The notes beneath the pieces are model-generated. The model made no database searches and was not told where the DNA came from. It saw nothing but the letters and a program-made list of their open reading frames with translations. DNA of 64,000 nt, from positions 6,112,001 to 6,176,000 of the forward strand of contig JASGJH010000001.1 in NCBI GenBank assembly GCA_047601445.1, given 5' to 3'. A program made the position numbers and the translations under genes. Below, piece after piece: positions 60,379 through 64,000 of the stretch (the stretch's first letter is position 1; each line of letters opens with the position of its first letter). The DNA is from Myxococcales bacterium. Its GTDB lineage: Bacteria > Myxococcota_A > Polyangia > Polyangiales > DASUME01.

Positions 60379-61815
60379 TCAGCGCTCCGCGTAAGACATC
60401 GGCTCGAGCGCGATGTGTCCCACGTCCAGCTGCTTTTTGAACAGGACCACGCGCGGCACGTAGCCCTCGGCCGATACACGTAATTCGTGAACTTCGTCGT
60501 CGAAGTAGGTCGGCGCACGGAAGTCCCCGCGTCCGAGGCTGACCCCGTCGACGATGACCGAGGCGTCGGCGGGGGTGACGTAGACCCGGCGCTGAGGCTG
60601 AGCGCTGGAGGCGGCGGCCGCCAGGAAGGCCGGGTTGGTGGCCTGATCGAGCAGGGTGCCCGGCAGCGTGGCCCCGATGGCCAGCGTGGCATCGGGACGC
60701 GGTGTCGGGGACGTGCGGGCGCGCAAGTAGCCCACCGCCACGCTCAGCACCAGCACGACGCTGGCCATGGTCACGAAGGTGGGCGAGAAGAAGCCCTTGC
60801 GTCTGCGAAGGTGCCGCGTGGCCTGACCGCCGCGCGAGAACACTGGCGTGACGCTCGTCGGTTCGCCGGCGATGTCGTTGTCCACGCGGAAGGCGCCCGA
60901 CAACAGCTGCGCGCTGGCCACGCCCTCACGGTGGTCGCGCGAGACCCACAGGTTGCGCGTGCGCTCGCTGGCGAAGGGCAAGAGAGCTTCGGCGAAGTCG
61001 GTCACGCGCGGAAAGCGCTTGGCGGGGTCGAACGAGCTAGCGCGCGCCAATACCTCGTCGATCGACGATGGCAAATCGCTGCGATGGTGTGACAGACGCG
61101 GGAACTTCCCGCGCGCGACGCGCTCGAGCACGTCGTTGATGTCGTCTTCGGGACCCGCGAAGGGCTCACGCCCCGTGAGCATCTCGAACAACATGCTGGC
61201 CAGTGAGTACTGGTCGCTGCGCTCATCGAGGCTGCGATTGCCGCGGGCCTGCTCCGGGGACATGTAGTGCGGCGTGCCGATCGGCCCGAGCGCGCCCGTG
61301 ATGCCGCGTCGCTCTTCCAGCGTGGCGATGCCGAAATCCACCAGCTTGGGGACGACGCTGCCGTCTGGGTTGCGTGCGAGCAGAATGTTCCCGGGCTTGA
61401 TGTCGCGATGCAAAACGCCGGCAGCATGCGTGGCAGCCACGCCGTCGAGGATGGGCAAGAGCAGTTCCACTGCCGCTCTTAGACTCATTCGCCCGTCGCG
61501 CTGGAGTTTGCGCTCGAGGGTCTCTCCCTCCAGCAACTCCATCACCAAGTAGGGCACCCCTTCTTCCATACCCACGTCGAGCACGTCGACCACGTTGGCG
61601 TGGGACACTCGCGCAGCGCACTGACCCTCACGCAAGAAACGTCGAACGGAGTCGATCTCGCGGCACAGCGAAGGTCGCAACAACTTGAGCGCGACACGCT
61701 TGCGAAGACCGCTGTGCATGGCGACGAAAACATCGCTCATACCGCCGGACCCCAAATATTCGAGGAGCTCGTAACGCCCGAGCGACCGCGCTGCTGTGTT
61801 CAGCCCCGCACCCAT
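60379..61815 (-). CDS. Membrane Ser/Thr protein kinase with PEGA-like C-terminus
   Basis: GSGGMS, VALK, HRDIKPGN, DFG, GTPHYMSPE; TM. Confidence 0.9.
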   Translation of the reverse strand: MGAGLNTAARSLGRYELLEYLGSGGMSDVFVAMHSGLRKRVALKLLRPSLCREIDSVRRFLREGQCAARVSHANVVDVLDVGMEEGVPYLVMELLEGETLERKLQRDGRMSLRAAVELLLPILDGVAATHAAGVLHRDIKPGNILLARNPDGSVVPKLVDFGIATLEERRGITGALGPIGTPHYMSPEQARGNRSLDERSDQYSLASMLFEMLTGREPFAGPEDDINDVLERVARGKFPRLSHHRSDLPSSIDEVLARASSFDPAKRFPRVTDFAEALLPFASERTRNLWVSRDHREGVASAQLLSGAFRVDNDIAGEPTSVTPVFSRGGQATRHLRRRKGFFSPTFVTMASVVLVLSVAVGYLRARTSPTPRPDATLAIGATLPGTLLDQATNPAFLAAAASSAQPQRRVYVTPADASVIVDGVSLGRGDFRAPTYFDDEVHELRVSAEGYVPRVVLFKKQLDVGHIALEPMSYAER

Positions 61816-62084
61816 GACTCGTGTTCCCCCATGGAGACTACGCGGGAAGCGTAGCAAAAACGCGGAACAAGCCGATCTAACTTTCTGCAGGTCCCCAGTC
61901 AGATCACGGCGAATTCACACGTTGTACACAGTTAATTGAGGCAGTTACTGCCGAGATACTCGGTCGTTACCGTCTGTTCATGAAACCTGTCATGTACCTT
62001 GGCAGGGACAGTCAACTCCGCTTGCCTGCAGGCTTATTCGTCGCGGGCGCAGGCGCGCGGGGACACGCACGATAGACTGGCCGG

Positions 62085-62996
62085 ATGCGGGTGTTGATGA
62101 TCGGTGCGGGCGGGGTGGGCGGCTACTTTGCGGGGCGTCTTTCGCAGGCCAAAGTGGACCTTACTGTCGTGGCTCGGGGTGAACACGGCCGAGCCCTGAA
62201 GGAACGTGGGCTGCGTCTCGAAGGCAGTCCCAATTTGGAGACGATCTCCTTTAACCGCGTGTTCCCGTCGGCCGCCGCCGTGGAGCCCGCCTTCGACGTG
62301 GTGTTCTTGGCCGTCAAATGGCCGGCCCTGGACGACGCCTGCGCGGAGCTGCAGCGCCTGTTGGACCCACATGGGGTGGTGATCCCCCTGCTCAACGGGC
62401 TCGAATCAGAAGAAGTGGTGGCGAGCTACGTGGGCGCACAGCGGACCCTCTCGGGGGTGGCCTATATGTCTTCTGGGCTCTTGGGACCGGGACGCATCTA
62501 CGCCCACGGAAACACCCGTGCAGGCCTGGCGCCTTTCCGCCCGGGGCAGGACGCCGACGTGGCGAAGGTGGCGCAGCTGCTCGAGCGAGCCGGGATTCCC
62601 GTGCGCGTGCAGGCCGACTTCCGAAGCATGCTCTGGGAAAAGATGCTCTGGAACGCCCCCTTCAACGCGGTCTGCGCGCTCACTGGGCAGCCGGCCGGGG
62701 CGGTGCTCGGACCCTGCGAGGACGTGGTGCGCGCAGCGATGCAGGAGGTGGTGGCCGTGGCGCGGGCCGACGGCGCCGACCTGAACCCCGCGGCCATCGA
62801 GGCCATGTTGCAGGTCACGCGCGCAGACTTTCCGCGCACCGAACCTTCCATGCTGCAAGACGTGCGGGCCGGCCGCGCCACCGAGGTGGAGATCCTGCAA
62901 GGGGCCGTGGTGAGGCGTGGCGAGGAACTCGCGGTGGCGGTGCCTGTGCTGAGGACCTTGGCGAGCCTGGTGCGCGGGAGAACGCTGGGCGCCTAG
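62085..62996 (+). CDS. panE: 2-dehydropantoate 2-reductase
   Basis: GAGGVGG, AVK, LNGL, WEKMLWN, PSMLQD...TEVE. Confidence 0.88.
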   Translation: MRVLMIGAGGVGGYFAGRLSQAKVDLTVVARGEHGRALKERGLRLEGSPNLETISFNRVFPSAAAVEPAFDVVFLAVKWPALDDACAELQRLLDPHGVVIPLLNGLESEEVVASYVGAQRTLSGVAYMSSGLLGPGRIYAHGNTRAGLAPFRPGQDADVAKVAQLLERAGIPVRVQADFRSMLWEKMLWNAPFNAVCALTGQPAGAVLGPCEDVVRAAMQEVVAVARADGADLNPAAIEAMLQVTRADFPRTEPSMLQDVRAGRATEVEILQGAVVRRGEELAVAVPVLRTLASLVRGRTLGA

Positions 62997-62999
62997 AGA

Positions 63000-63596
63000 C
63001 TAGCCGCCGTCGACCGTGGGTGGATAGGCCAGGTGCTCGGGCGGCGCGTTCATGATTTCGTTGGGAAACTGATCGGCGAGGAACGCGATGATGCTCTGCA
63101 GGGAGACCAGCGCGACGGGATAGCCAGCCTCATCCACCACGGGCAAGTGGTGGTAGCTGCCGAGCGCGAGCGTGCGCAGTGCCACGCTGAGCAACGTGGC
63201 TTCGGTGAGCACGTGGGGCGAGCGTGTCATCAAGTCCGAAACCGGGCGCTCGAGACCTGCCCCGGCCTCCAAGACACGCGTCAGCACATCACGCTCCGTG
63301 AAGATGCCGAGCACATGATCGTTCTCGAGCACCAGCGCCGCGCTCGCGTGGGCGCGATTCATCTGGGCGATCACGTCGGCCACGCGCGCCTCCGGTACCA
63401 CGCACAGTGGAACCTGATGCTCCATCTCACCCAGGCTGAGCTCGAGCCAGCCCGCGCGCCGCACCGGTTGCGAACCGCTCAGCCAGTCACCGTATTCGTC
63501 GGCGAATTCGCTCGTGGTCAACATGGATGGATCCTGACCCGCGCGATCGGGAAGGTCGCGCACTTTTGCGGGGTTGTTGCGAGACACGTGAGCCAT
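63000..63596 (-). CDS. CBS-domain protein
   Basis: GIFTERDV, VSDLMT, HHLPVVD. Confidence 0.85.
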   Translation of the reverse strand: MAHVSRNNPAKVRDLPDRAGQDPSMLTTSEFADEYGDWLSGSQPVRRAGWLELSLGEMEHQVPLCVVPEARVADVIAQMNRAHASAALVLENDHVLGIFTERDVLTRVLEAGAGLERPVSDLMTRSPHVLTEATLLSVALRTLALGSYHHLPVVDEAGYPVALVSLQSIIAFLADQFPNEIMNAPPEHLAYPPTVDGG

Positions 63597-63737
63597 CGGC
63601 CAGCAGGTAAGCCCGCGCTTTCGCGCCGCAAGCTGCGGGCACGCTTATGGCTCGGCTCCGAGCAGCGCCCTGGGGTACAGTTCGGGCTCGTCAGTATCAG
63701 CGCGCGAGCGCGCGCCCGCAACGTGAGGAGAGCGCAC

Positions 63738-64000
63738 TTGATCTCGACCCTCGGCTACGCCGCCCAGAACGCCAAATCTCCGCTCGAGCCCTACCGCTTC
63801 GAGCGCCGCGACCCTGGCCCACTCGACGTGGAACTCAGCATTCTCTACTGCGGCGTGTGTCACTCGGATGTTCATCAGGCGCGCGACGAGTGGGGCGGCT
63901 CGATCTTCCCGATGGTTCCGGGTCACGGAGATCGTCGGACGCGTGAAGCAAGTGGGAAGTCAGGTCACCAAGTTCAAGCCGGGCGACCTCGCCGGCGTGG
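63738..64000 (+). CDS. Zn-dependent NAD(P) alcohol dehydrogenase (CAD-like), partial, +1 frameshift near 63928
   Basis: GAGGAG RBS + TTG; YCGVCHSD, PMVPGH then EIVGRV...FKPGD in the shifted frame. Confidence 0.88.
   Translation, partial: MISTLGYAAQNAKSPLEPYRFERRDPGPLDVELSILYCGVCHSDVHQARDEWGGSIFPMVPGHGDRRTREASGKSGHQVQAGRPRRR

Noticed and set aside
61974..61995. Pho-box-like direct repeat
   Set aside because: The TCAT half-sites are 12 bp apart instead of 11, and the match is weak.

Overview
GC-rich bacterial chromosome segment. MYXO-CTERM-like tails, four Ser/Thr kinases and DAG/GDGD linkers point to Myxococcota, probably Polyangiales (inference). It holds about 45 CDS, from the 5' end of acnB to a Zn-dependent alcohol dehydrogenase. 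Main points: (1) a lasso-peptide-like RiPP operon (51790-58137) with an unannotated 59-aa precursor, a PRMT-like methyltransferase and an HPr-kinase-like enzyme, but no leader peptidase and no acidic residue at core positions 7-9; (2) two paralogous cassettes of surface propeller protein, YtkA-like lipoprotein (MPVHGH) and pentaheme cytochrome c; (3) four copies of a ~250-bp hairpin element, arranged as two inverted doublets around 27-30-nt tandem repeats, whose terminal arms differ between copies yet stay self-complementary; (4) a candidate sigma54-driven ~94-nt sRNA with C-rich loops; (5) a TraA/TraB-like adhesin-OmpA pair; (6) five +1 frameshifts, all at AGATC motifs, probably methylation-linked sequencing errors rather than pseudogenes. 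All calls come from reading motifs by eye; no database searches were run.
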